Below, piece after piece: positions 31,601 to 44,694 of a stretch of DNA of 64,000 bases. The stretch is from the NCBI GenBank assembly GCA_038496445.1, contig JALMLS010000052.1:79706-143705 (forward strand). Reading direction: 5' to 3'. The translations under genes and the position numbers were made by a program. The notes under the pieces were generated by a model. The model saw only the letters and a list, made by a program, of their open reading frames with translations, ran no database searches and was not told where the DNA came from. Positions within the stretch are counted from its first letter, which is position 1, and every line of letters starts with the position of its first letter. Origin of the DNA: Trichosphaerium sp. ATCC 40318. Its lineage: Eukaryota > Protista > Tubulinea.

Positions 31601-34600
31601 TCCGTATTATCTTCCACGGTGCCAAACCAGGAAACTTCAATCCTTCAGTAATCACGTAAGGTATTTCTTCGTTAAACTTTTGTTCTCACGTGTTTTTTAG
31701 AAAGGGTATCGCTGTTTTCGGAAATGGAGAACTTGATATTCATGGTAAACGGTATTACCCTACCTGGACAAAACTTGGTCGTACAGGTACACTGGAACAT
31801 CACCTTTTCTTCCTTCTGTTTTCTCTTTCTTTTATACTTGGTATGCAGCTTTACTTTGATACTCACGTTTGTTTAGTATTCCCTGGAGATGTTAAGATTC
31901 TTCTACAACAAAATGTTAACTGGGAAGTCGGTCAAGAAGTTGTATTTACAACATCAACATGGATTGATAATGTAAGATACCACGAGAACGAAGTTCGAAC
32001 TATTGTTGCTGTAAGCAACAACAGAATTCAAGTTGATGCTCCATTGAAGTACTACCATTACGCAGGAAAAGAGTATCAAGCAGAGGTAAGATGAACATGC
32101 TTCCTCAGAGTCAATCAAAATCTGATTTTTTTTTAAGGTTGGATTATTGTCAAGAAAGATTGTACTTGAGACACATCCTTTTGCTGATCCTGATAAATTC
32201 GGCGGTCATGTATTCATTACAAATGAAGGTCGTATTTCAGGTGTTCGCACAATCCGTCTTGGTCAATTGAACCACATTGCTCGTTACCCACTTCACATGT
32301 AATGCTATATCAAAAGTTTTTCATTGTAGCTCAGTATTTCTTTAGGCACATGGCTGGTAACCCAACCAACAGTTACTTTTCTGATAACGCTATTACATAC
32401 TCTTATTTCAGATGTATTACCATTCATGGTACGCAATACATCAACGTAGTTCTTCAGCGTAGCTAACTCCTGTTGCAAAGGTACAAACAATGTTCTTGTT
32501 ACTGAGAATGTTGCTTATGATACCCATGGACACTGTTACTATATTGAAGATGGTGTAGAAGAAGACAACACAATATCTTACAATTTAGGTGCATACATAC
32601 GCCTTATCAACCCACCAGTAAGTCACATAACTTTCTATCTTATTTTTTTTTGCCATCAAAGCCTAACCTTTTCTTTCTCAGGAAGATCAATACGGCAACT
32701 GGATTCTTGGCGCAGGTCAAGGTGGTACAACAGTCGATGGTGCCGCCAATCGTATTCAACCTGCTGATATCGTTGCTTCCGCATTTTACTTCTCAAACGC
32801 ATGGAACACTATCATCGGTAACACCGCTAGCGGTGGTTTTGCCGGTTTCACTTTCCCTAATTTTGAAGCACCAATTGGAAATCATCGAAGTGTTAACTTA
32901 AAACCAATGTCACGACCTCTTAAAGAATTTGACGGTAATGAATGTCACTCTTCTGGTATTTACTGGGATATGATCGGATGTATTTACGTTGGAGGTGACC
33001 TGAGCTACATTAACGGAGGAAATACTCTACGATACTTCACCGGAAGAAAGACCAGAGATTCAAGAAGAGACGGTGGCGGTGAGTGGGACTTTGTACCTAT
33101 GTACTTCAGAAACACACGTATTTGGGCTTCTAATATGGGTGTTAACCACTGGGGTAACAAACCAGAGGTCATCAACTACGAGGTTTACGATATCAGAAGA
33201 TGTACGTTCCTTTTCTTAGTTTTTTCTTATATTAGCTTTGAAAACTCACATGTGACATTAGCTGCTACTCTATTTGGTCAAGGTCTTATCAACCATGCTA
33301 TTATTCAGCAATATACCGATAACATCAATGTTGCTGTTTACTGGAGATGGGGTGATACAAATGAAGGATTCCAATATTACGATACCTGGAGTATGGCCAT
33401 GTTATTGGATTGTACAATGGTTAATTACGACGTTCATCCAAGGTACATATTTTCTTTGATTTTTGCAGTATTTTAACTTTATTCTTCTTTAGAAACCCTG
33501 AAATCACTGGTTATGTTGTTGATACACTCACACATAGTGACTTTTTCACGCCTCAAGTACGTCATCAAGAAAAATCAGAAACTCTGTTCTGGCTTGTTTT
33601 AACTTTCGTGTTAGGGTATTATCGCTCAGTCTGATATGAAGTTCATAAACTCTCCTGTACAATACAGAATACACCCACGTGTCATGTACGAAAGAAACAC
33701 AAACTCTTGGAGATACTGGAATCTCGTGGATTGGGACGGAAGTCTTATTGGAAACGGAAGGGCAAGCAACTTCAACAAATCTTTAACATTGTTTTGACTG
33801 ACTTTCTCTGTAGAGAACTATTTGGGGTTCTGCTTCTGGTGAGACTAATGATTGGTGGAACTTTGGAGCAAACTGTAATTTCCATACAACGCTCAACGCC
33901 TGGTATTGTGAAGACCAAAATGACGTAAGAAGAGTTGGTTGGCTTAATGTAGAATCTCCTGGAATTATGGATAATGATAACCCAGCAGTAGACGAGAGAG
34001 GAGAAGCAGGTAAACCATTTTGAAGAGAAAATGAAAGCGCAAACCAATTTGGAGTTTGGTGGATAGAGGGACTTACTCTTTCTTTTTCAATAGGCACAAC
34101 GTATCATATTGGTAAAGCTTCTTTGTTCGGATCTAAAATTAACTCAAAGAGAAGCGTTATTATCACACCTAACACAGGTTCGATTTTTTTCTTACTTTTT
34201 TCCTTTTGGTTGCTTGTATCTTTCGTTTCTAACACGTGTTTAAAAAAGGTGTATGCGGACCTTTAGAGAAAGATATTGGTTGGCATTTCTGGTATAAAGA
34301 TGGTACACCAAAGAACCTAATAATAGATGGCCGTATTTGGTATCGATCAAATGAAGAAGGACTTGTTGTTGGATTCCATTACCCAACATCATCAAGCTTC
34401 AATGTTTATTGCAGAGAATGGGGACAAACCACATTTAACGGACGCCGTGTTAATAATCCTAGCCAGGTACTCATCGAAAAAGATGCTATCGAACGCGTCT
34501 AGATTCTCACCTTTTTTGTGTAGGTTTGGTCTTCTACTGATTCTTTGGCTTGGCACTGGAACAGTGGCACTGGTTTGCTTTTATTTAAATTCAGAGACGA

Positions 34601-34814
34601 TACAAACTACCCTAATGAAAGCACTGTCTTCAGAAGAGGTCCTGAAAATGTAGAATTGCTCAAGTACGCCTTGCAGTGCTGGATTTACTTCACAAGCTCC
34701 TCCTTATACGTTACCTTTAGGCAAGCTTACAAATGGAAGTGCTACATTGATGCTACATGCCCAGGATCTGGAAATAGATGTTCACCTGTTGCAGAGCGTG
34801 TACCAGGATTTTAA
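28639..34814 (+). CDS. Large secreted protein: CBM4/9-like + CBM6-like + Pro-rich linker + G8 domain + CEMIP/TMEM2-like beta-helix region
   Basis: Signal MRPTLALAVILSVCVFATSA; NLLSNGGFESG; PGRVEAESY...DVDIQ...GGGCNVGW...EWLEY...TGGWQSWTT; G8 ITIPEGSQLIF...GRLRIGSPSC; ELDIHG...PTWTKL; GGHV...GQLNHIARYPLH; RCITIHGT; GHCYYIEDGVEEDN. Confidence 0.85.
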
Positions 34815-35214
34815 AAGAACTTCATGTCACGTAGTCAAGTCAAAAAAAGTTTAATACATTAAAGTAACTATTAAGAAGAAAATTGTTTTAATAGCCTTTT
34901 TCAATTTAAGCATACGCAAAAACTCCAATAACACTTTTATTGTCGTATTGCCGGCGCAAGTTCTCATTTTGCGATGCCTAGCATATTCTCCGCTTGAGAA
35001 ACAGCGGAATCTTTTACATACATGAGTATGCTATTAACATACCAGGTCGATTTTCCTGCGAGTACTTTGTTCGAAACATGCTATGAAACACTGTTATACA
35101 ATGGATGTGCAACTTGAAGCTCTAGTCAACTTTGGAGATGTATCTCCACAAATAACCGATTTTTTTTGTCAAGTTTATCTTCATTGTTTGTTTCATACAA
35201 AAGCTGAATACAGG

Positions 35215-37601
35215 TCAGTTCTTCTTTATGATCATCTGTTTCCACACTTTCTCTGTGGTATTGAATGTGAGGATACAAGACTTATCTCCTTTACAAGTAA
35301 CATAGAGCACGTCATCTACAGCAATATGAGACATGCAAGAAAACAGAAATACATTCATGTATTACCTTTAAAAGCCAAGCCACTTGGTTCTGTAAGACTC
35401 CTATCTGGTGGCCCAGGTACAGCATTGATAGTGCCAGAAACTAAGTCTATACATTTTACTTTGCCATTAAATGTATCAGCAACAAAAACAATTCCATTTT
35501 CATCATCACATGACAACCCCATTGGATGTTGGAGTTTACTTTCAGCTAGGATAGTGATAAGTTAGTATGTTGATATAATGTGGCTAGTAATTAGCCAATA
35601 GATACGTTAGAGCTAACTATCATTGAAAAAAAACAAAGAGACGTTTCTCTTTTACCTAGGATTCCATCAACATCACCAAATGCGAATAAATTTCTCTGGT
35701 TTCCTTTATCCCCTCCTGCAATAGTTTCACATGTATCATTACCAAAATTAACAACCTAGCATGTTCAAGTTAACAACTTTAGTAAGGAAATAATGCTACC
35801 ACATCTGGTTCCAACGCACACGTATTGAGCTTGACTCACTATCTGCAACATAAACACGTTTTTCTTTTTCAGATACTGTTAATCCACTCGGTTGTGCCCA
35901 ATTAGATAATCGTATGTTTGCTCCATTTGTAGCAGCCTCAACACCCTTTTCGAAATAGTTAAGCAAAGAATACACGGTCGAAACCGAAAAAAGCGTACCG
36001 AGCCACTTATCTTCTTAGCCATACCATTGGCTGTGTCAAAAACCCACAATTGATGCACACCAGCCATAGCTATCAATAACAATACACCACTTTTACTTAT
36101 CCATTTAAAATCACGTGACATCACCTCTTCACAAATTATGGAACGTGGGAGCTCTACTATATCCCATGGAGATGCAATTGGTTGTTCTATACCACTTGAT
36201 CCTCCTCTCAAATCATTACCTCTCTTTCCAGTACCTAAAACAGTGCTAACCTTAAACGATTCCTGTTAACAACATAATAAGTATTGAAGATTTGCCTTCT
36301 TTGCGTTCATGTCAATACATCTTATCGCATGATTACCAGCATCGCAAACGAATATTTTATCTCCTACTACACAAACACCTTGTGGGTTACCAAAAGCGCA
36401 GTCCTTTTTAAATGTTAGTTACGATGGAGTCCAAGTTTCCGGACCTGAAAACTCCCGTCTTTGAAACCTTGATTACCTCCAATAATTTGACTAGTTTCTG
36501 ATTGTATATCAACGACAATCACTCTGAAATTACCACTATCCGATACAACTAACATATTTTTGTCTTTACTAGCAATACATAATTTTCCTGGGTATCGGAG
36601 CTTCAATATATCGTTCACTAAGTGCCAATGTAAGTGACAAAAATCAAATAAAAAAAAGAACCATTGTTTTCTACAACACATCCACTATCTGTGCACCTGA
36701 AGAAAATAATTAAAATTATGTGTTTTAAGGCATATGTACCATCCACTATTAGTACTAGTACTGGACAATAAACGCTTGCAAGCTTCTGATCTAACATCGA
36801 AGGTTTGATCTAGTTTAAAATACACCAAGGCATTTCGAACAATATTTACCAAAAAATCTGGTCTCAGTTCACCAGGATACATGAACAGTATATCACCACT
36901 ATCACTTGGACTAAGGATAACTATTAAATAATAAGCACATATCTAAGCCTAAAACCAAGTATTTGATGGCGACCTAAGTAAAAAAGAAGAAAATACTGTT
37001 TTTTTCAACAACCAAAAGTGCACCTGTTGTTGGCCAACACTTTACGTTCAAAGCATCCCAAAGGCTTCTTTCCCTATCATTTATTACGTAGTAATTTATT
37101 CCATATTCTTTAACGAATTGCAAGACAGTAGAATCCATCTTCTCATGAGAAAACTTTGGAGAATGAACGCCAAAAACAACAACATCTTTGTTGCCTTCTA
37201 ACGAAGAGAATACTTGCTTCCACGTGGGTATCATGTGCTAAAGTATGTTCAATACTGAATCTAGCTATTTTTAAGGTCGTACTAGGCAGTTAACGCAACA
37301 TGACGACCAAAAGTCCAGTAGTACGAGTTTTCCTTTTAATGATTCGCATGGCTTGCTCACCCAGCCAAAAGAAGGCGATGACGATAACGGGAGATCACTT
37401 TTAACGTTTGTTTGTTGTACACCGTTTACTTCTTCAAAATGACTTCGTATTAGGGTATCCGACGTATCTCTATACGCTGTGAGATGCTTTCAAGGAGTTT
37501 TAAACTACTTACGTGTCAAGCCTGTCTAATTTTGATAGCGAACGGCATAAAAACTGGCTACGAAGCGTAGAGAAACCGTTTTTGCCATTAAACCAATCCA
37601 T
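35215..37601 (-). CDS. NHLRC2: NHL repeat-containing protein 2-like (thioredoxin-like + NHL beta-propeller)
   Basis: GKLVLLDFWSSCCVNC, GVHSPKFSHEK, VINDRERSLW...CWPT, LRYPGK, VSDSGN, CDAGNHAIR, IASPWD, IAMAGVHQLW, FAFGDVDG, LQHPMG, ADTFNGKVK. Confidence 0.88.
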
Positions 37602-38564
37602 GGTTTCTTGTTGTAAAGTTTTGTCCGTTTTGGATGAGATTAAGTTAGGTTTGTATGAGAAAGGCGTGTCAAAAGACTATCTCTGGCACTTGACTAGAAA
37701 ACCAACGCTTTAGATGAAGGCCAAATAGATGCCGGATACCTACATTTTTGTTGGAAAAAATCGGGAATCAGTTACAATCACATGTATAGAAGACTGCGAT
37801 GATATTGTTGATTCTGAATGTGGGAAAACAAATGTGTCTTTCTGCGCTTTGGGAAGCACTACAATGTTTTATTTAGATAGTACAGCTTCAGGAATATCAC
37901 TTGACAGACGTATGTTTTCCAGGCTTATGTACTATTACCTGTTTGATGACACAATGTTAAAACTGACAGCAAGTTCACAATACAACAACAAAGAACTTGT
38001 TTGCGAATGATCCTGACACTGGTGCTGTTGTTGGAGGGATTGTTGATAGTAGAGTAGTAGGTTGTATTGTTGGTGGTAGAGTTGGTGATGGTGGATGCTC
38101 GAACAGTTCTCCAAAATCCAGACCTAAAGATTCCTGATTAGACAGGAATAAGTGTTAACAAATAAAACCTTAAACCATGAGATGCTATTTACGCACATGA
38201 AAGATGTAGAGAGTACAAATATGGAAATGGTGAAGTCGATAATAACTGCTTTCTCGCCACAAAAGTAAAATGTAGTAGTACACGGATATAGAATGTACTT
38301 ATGAACACGTGTTCTACACAAACCTCAACTGTTTAATTTGTTTGTAAACAGAAACCCAATTTCAAAAGAAAAGCACGTGCAGCATGTAGCAATAACACTA
38401 CCCATACCAACTTTGTTCTCTTTTAAATTTACTAGGAGTTTGTATATTTGAAAGGCCTTTTATTTAGCCAATGATCTTGGATTTTGACTTTGGTGTTCAT
38501 CAAACGTTTTTGTATTCTTTGTACAATCAAAGGTTGTTCCCACTATCTATCTAAAACCACAAAC

Positions 38565-39465
38565 TCATTCGCACTCTTCACCATTACGGAAATTACAGCG
38601 CTTCATCAATGACCCATCCTCATGCCACTGTTCATACTCTCCTTCTCGTTTTCCATTGATATAATGGCACTGCCTCTTCAATTGACCATTCTGATGCCAG
38701 TGTTTGTACTCTCCTTCTAGTTTATCATTGATATAATAAGACTGCAGCATCAATTGGCCATTATAATGCCACCGTTTGTTCGCTCCTTCTTGTTTATCAT
38801 TGATATAGTTACACTGCCACTGCAATTGCCCGTTGTGATGCCAACGTTTGTACTCTCCTTCTCGTAAACCATTCGCATAACTGCTCTGCTCCATCAATTT
38901 CCCATTATCATACCAACGCTTGTACTCTCCTTCTTGTTTACCATCCACATAATTGCGCTGCTCAAACAATTGGCCATGGTTATGCCACCACTTGTTCTCT
39001 CCTTCTTGTTTATCATTGATATAGTTACACTGCCACTGCAATTGCCCGTTGTGATGCCAGTGTTTGTACTCTCCTTCTCGTTTACCATCCACATAATTGC
39101 ACTGCGCTTCCAAACGGCCATTCGTGTACCATCTCTTGTATTCTCCATTTTGCTTACCATGCAACCAATGCTCAGTCTAATATAGGAATAAACAATGAAG
39201 AAAAAAAAAAGATGTCACTTTTTTTGGACAAATGCTAACATACCGCCATGTAGTAGAGAAATGTTTGTTTCCATTTTCCATGTTTTTTCAAGTCACCATC
39301 AAACCTTGTCATCATTGCCGCCTGTTTCGAAAGAAGTGGCCAAATTAAATATGCTGATAGGTCTAAATCGATGATATCGAGTTGAATCTCAACTGGAAGT
39401 GCTAAAAGATGGCAATAATCTGATTCTACAGTAAATCTCTCTTTCCTGGCTGTTAGGTTCATCAT
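38565..39465 (-). CDS. F-box-like + MORN-variant (24-aa) repeat protein, two exons (intron 39177-39243)
   Basis: Exon 1 LLALPVEIQLDIIDLDLSAYLIWPLLSK (F-box-like); exon 2 about 8 repeats of GK(R/Q)EGEYKRWYxNGQL..QCNY. Confidence 0.8.
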
Positions 39466-39778
39466 TTTACTCTGTAAACTATGCGCTAGTATGTGGCACT
39501 GTATGTTGTTGAGAAGTGGCGACCTTGGAGTATAGTCAGCGTACAGTTAAATGATATTGAGTTCTCTGAACACGTATTATTAAATTGATGATTGTGCCAT
39601 TACCGCAAGTTAAGATTCCGCAACACTGTCATATGTTTTGAAGAAAGGTAATGTTCGCTTGTTTACGATTACTTGGGGGTACTACGATACATTTACCAAA
39701 ATCAATTATGCCTTTTCAACTACACTAGTTTTGATGAATGGGTTTTATTGTTGAATGTGGGTTATCCCAGTTATGTAT

Positions 39779-42700
39779 TTAAACATTATAATGTGCCACT
39801 TGGTTACGTCTTCTACGTCTTGCAATACAAGCAAACAAACCAACAAGTGATACAACAATAACAATACCAGCAATTAGTAGAACATTGTGTTGAGACCCAA
39901 CAATCTTTGTTGTTGCGAAAGTACTTTTAACAGTAATCACGTGAGGTGTATCAGAACCAATAAGCTTATCTTCATAGTATATTTTGATAGGGAAAGATCC
40001 AGGCTTATCAATAGAGTATTTGACTACACAGAACATTAGAAGAAGAACAAGAAAAAGCGTTTGAGATCAAGTCGTGTTTTTTTTTTCCTTACCTTTGACA
40101 GAACCATCTTTTTGGAGCTCAGTGTGGAAAGTAGCTTCAGGTACTCCATTGTGAACATTAACAACCATGTTGCGAACAACAGTGTCACCGTTGGCGCCAA
40201 CACCAACTAGAGTTTATGAGCGAAATGTAAAAGAATCTCGGTAGACGAATTTCTTCGTCAGAACTCTGCGTACCAAGTTTAAATGGGTAGTGTCCAGCGA
40301 AGGCATTGTTTGCCTTTACATTCAAAGTGTATGAGGATCCAGTCTTCTCGATGGAGTGTGAAAAGGCCTAATCGAAAAAATCAATGACAGAAAAAACTAA
40401 AGGAGAGTGTTTCTTACGCTTGAAGGAAGACCTATTACACGAAGTGTGATATCATTTCTAGCAGCCTTGTTACCTCCTTTATCAAAAGAGAGGACGTTGA
40501 CTGTTGCTTTGCGTTCGCCTTTATTGTAAAGTTAGAAACCACAAGCAACGTTAACTATTTTCTTACCAGAATGTTCGCAAAAGTTCATTTCATCACTGCT
40601 TGTCTTGATGTGGAACTCTGATGGGTTGAATTGGAACACGAACAATCCTGTGAAAAAATTGAAGGATTAGATTGTATAAACTATATTTGTTGTAGTCTAG
40701 TGGTTGTACCATTTTGGATATCATTAGAGATGATGTTACCACTTGGGAAGTATGGGTACAATGACCACTGACCATTGAAACCGCTTGAGTTTCCGTTGTA
40801 TCCTGGAGCTGTATCAAGGAAACCAGCTTCGAACATCTCATTTGGTCTTGGGTCAGATACATCAAGAATACGAACACCAGCTTGGTAGTTAGATTGGAAC
40901 ACATGACCACCTATCAAAGAATGAGTTTTTCAAAAAAACCGAAAAAATCAGGAAAAAAAAACGGCATGTGTTTAGTGTCGTACCCAAAACGTAGTTGTTG
41001 TGTTGGCTTGATCTTGCGTTTTCGTGGTAATAGTATTGTGATTGACCTGGTTTTGCTTTTGGATCTTCTAGGTCAGAAACATCGAAAGTGTATGTACGTC
41101 CAGTAGCACCAAGTTCGTCGTTCATAAATACAGTTTCTCTATCAGCTGTCACCCATCCTTGATGACAGTATGATACACCACCGTATCTGATTGTTCCAAT
41201 AGTTTGGATATCTTGCTTGTTGGTGACATCTTTGATTGTCATACCGTATCCAGCATCAAAACAGAAGCAAATTTCTTTACCCTACAACTCAGTTTAGTTT
41301 TTGCTTATTAAAGTAGAAGAGATGGTGAAGGTTTTTCCTTTGTTTTTTCTTCCTTGTAAACGTACAGTGTATCTTGTATCAGGACCATTGTATACCATAC
41401 ATTCGATATCGTGAGTGTATCGAGGACCTATTAGAATAGTTTAATGACTCATACTTTCGCAAATCAAAAACAACTTACTGTGGCAAGTGACGTATTTTGG
41501 ATCTTTAGGATCGTTAATATCTACAATGTAGATACCTCCACAGCTAGCGCCTGTAGCACCTACAATGTATGCATATCCTGTATCTTCATTGATGTAGATA
41601 TTGTGAGAGTTCGTAAGGTCACGTGTGTAGTGAACATCTAAACAACAAAACAAATCAACAAAAAGCAGCAAAAAGACAAAAAACCAACAAAAAAATGCTG
41701 GGTTAAACTCTTGCCTGGTTCCAACTTTTGAGGAGGATTAGAGATTGTTCTGAGTCTACCAAGATCAAATACTTGCATACCGTGGTCTATTTTGATATCA
41801 AGTTAGCATGATAGCAAATGAGGATGGAATAAAACAAAAAACGTGTACCTCTAGATTCAGCAATGATAAACACGTGATCTTTGAAAACCTTGGCATCTCT
41901 CCAAGTTACAGAAGCTAGAAAAGCCATTAATACGACATAATGTATTATTCACGCCGATATACGAAGAGAATTCCAAACACTGGGAAAAAGACGAAGTATA
42001 ACAACAACGCTGTACGTACTTGTAGCAGTATCGATGTATGCAGTGTAAACAGGGTTAGCAGGATCAGTAATATCAACAAAAGCTGTTCCTGATGTCTGAC
42101 AGACAATAGCCCATTCGCGACCGTTACTGTCAGTCCAGCCCCAAATATCATTACCACGTGTACCGCCCATTCTACGTTTAAAGTCAGTTTATGGTTTGGC
42201 TTATTTTTACGTACTGTGTATGGGATAGCTGGCTTATGAGTTTGATATTATCGGAGCATTGATAGATCTTTCCTCCAGCAGTGCATTCGGCTGCTTTAGC
42301 ACCGTTATGTTCAGCTTCTTTTGCAATACCGCAAGACAACTCAAACTTAAACTTTGGTTCAGCGATCGTAGCATTGTTATCCCTATAATTTTACATGAGC
42401 ACGTGATTAATACTAGTAACTACTGTTAACGTACCATTTATCTTTTGGAATGATTGTAAACTCAGCTGACTCACCAGCAGTGGCGGTTGTTAGACCTATT
42501 TTTGTTGGTTAAGAAAAAGTCACTTCTAGAAACTAAGAGCGTACCTTTGCCTACAGCTTTGGTGTGTTGTACAGATATTTCTTGAGATTCTTTTGGTGTG
42601 ACTCCATATAGATGCATCTTCCAGTAGTTAAGGGTACCTTGGAATTCGTTCTTGACTCCATCAAATACAGACAAGACCCATTCACCTAAAACCTCGATTA

Positions 42701-43954
42701 GCTTTAAGTCATTCGACAAAGCATTTCTTACCGTTTGGATCAAGTCCCTTAAATGCTTCCAAAGCTTCCTTTGGTTGGTAGATACCCTGGATCGGTTTAC
42801 GTTCAAGGTGGTGTGATCTCTTGGTGCCCAAATCGCGGAAAATCTCATTGGAACATACTAAGCAAAGTTCGTAAGTCACGTGACCAAAGAAAAGTTAAAC
42901 GGTACCAGATTGGATATTCTTCTCAGCGTGGTCACTCAAAGTGATCCAATAGAAACCAGAAGGAGAGCAGTCAGGTCTAGCAAAGATTAAGAACACCGCG
43001 AAGAAGATACCAAAGCAGATTTGTTTTGAAGGCGACGATAGATGTTCCGCTTCAATCAAACTCTTTTTTGGACGGAGAAACGTACTTGTTAACTAAAGTC
43101 ACTTTTTTTCCGTTGTGTTCGAGAGTTATTGTTAGATCACCAACAGATCCTTTACACCCATAGTTAGCTATACAAAAAGGTAATGGCGATGCTACATACC
43201 GTGGTCAACTACCAATTCTAATTCAATACGATCCAATTTTCCTGTGAGTCCTTTTACGTTTGAAACATCGGATACTTTGGTATCTTCTGAAACACTGTTT
43301 TACAAAAAAATGGAGGTGAGTTTGTTGGAAAAAAAAATATTGTTGTAGGAAATTTCTTACCTGACGTAAGGGTTGTTGTATGACGACCAACGTAATGCTA
43401 ATAAGGGGGATAGGTTAGAAGTGTGTACTAACGTTTAGCAAGTCCAAATGCGTACAGTTAGGAAGGCACATGTGAAGGTTGTGGATGCCACAAATTTCAT
43501 CTACGAAGCAGGTCAGCTTTCACGTGCTTTACAAAAAAATTGTAAAACTCTTCGTACCTTGCGTCTTTTTTGACTTTACCTCTTCGAACACCTCATGTAA
43601 ATGCGCTTTTACAAAGTGATGGCACTAAGCGAAAGTTTTGTCACGTGACGTTATAATTACCAAAACAACAAAAAAAAAAGCCGGAAACGAGCGATTTCGG
43701 TTCTAGAGCGTGCCGAAAGGTTCAGCTATCTAGATGATGAATTAACGTACCTTGTACTTCAAGGCGTTATCAAGTTCATCGCATAGAACGTTTAATGACT
43801 CAGCTGTTACTGCTTCATCTTCTTTGCTATCTGCGAACGCCTGAGTGTATGCTACAAGCCATTTACATGTAACACAGCTCTCAGCCTCTTTAGGGTATTG
43901 AGGTAACGCGAATACAACGCATAAAGCCACAAGGATTAGAGCCAAGCAGCGCAT
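39779..43954 (-). CDS. Type I membrane protein: signal, saposin B, proprotein-convertase P domain, choice-of-anchor-B/LVIVD region, Ig/filamin-like domains, TM
   Basis: Six saposin Cys (CVTC..LCDEL..CHHFV..ICGIHNLHMC) spliced in frame to ELVVDH..GDLTITL..FKGLDPNGEWVLSVFD..GTLNYWKM; GNDIWGWTD..EWAIV..GTAFVDITDP; SHNIYINEDTGYAY; YTHDIEC; YCHQGW; NDEL; SQHNNY; SNYQAGVRILD; WSLYPYFPSG; TM then RRRRR. Confidence 0.8.
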
Positions 43955-44694
43955 GTTGGGTTGAACTTTCAAATAACTGTTCCAAGCAAGTTTTAGTTTG
44001 ACCGTATTTTTGGTCAAGGTGTAAACCACGTGATATTTGTTTTTTCCAAAAGTGATAATTTGATGTGTTTGCAAGCACCCTTCTCCGTAGTGGGTACAAG
44101 TTTGTCTACTCTGTATGTAATTCAAATGGAGGACATCTATCACATAGACAATAACACAAATTTTGAAACTCAAGCAAGATTAGTCGATATAACCGCACGA
44201 AAGATAGATGTGTTAACGGCGTCTAAAAATCACGGGTAATATTTTTCTCCTACGAACCACAGATCTCTTCTTAGTTTATGCTATCAATAGTGTACCATAA
44301 ACGTTCCTTCATTGCAACGACAACGTCAATCCAAATAATGACTTCAAGCCACTTGTGTAGGATAGTCAATCCCTCGAGCCCACACACTGTTGATTAGTCC
44401 AAACGGTTTTATGCGTTGTTACATTCCGTTCGTAACCTGAAGAGTATTTAAAATATTGTTAGTAGACAAAGTTGACCAAAAATGCGCTCGAGTCTATGTA
44501 AAACCTCAAAAACATTTATGAGGGAAAAAAAATGTTGTTGCAACTTTTTGCTACACTACAAACCAGGTTCGATACGACCAATTACATAAAAGGGCGATTA
44601 TAAAGATTACTTATATAACAACCTCAGCACGCTATAATCGAAACTTAATGCAATTCAAAAAAAAAATACAACGTGATTTGTGTTAGTTGATTTA

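Noticed and set aside
35083-35565. 160-aa plus-strand ORF, and similar antisense ORFs at 10274-10645, 53144-53548 and 46657-47064
   Set aside because: Antisense to well-supported genes or low-complexity intergenic sequence with no motifs.
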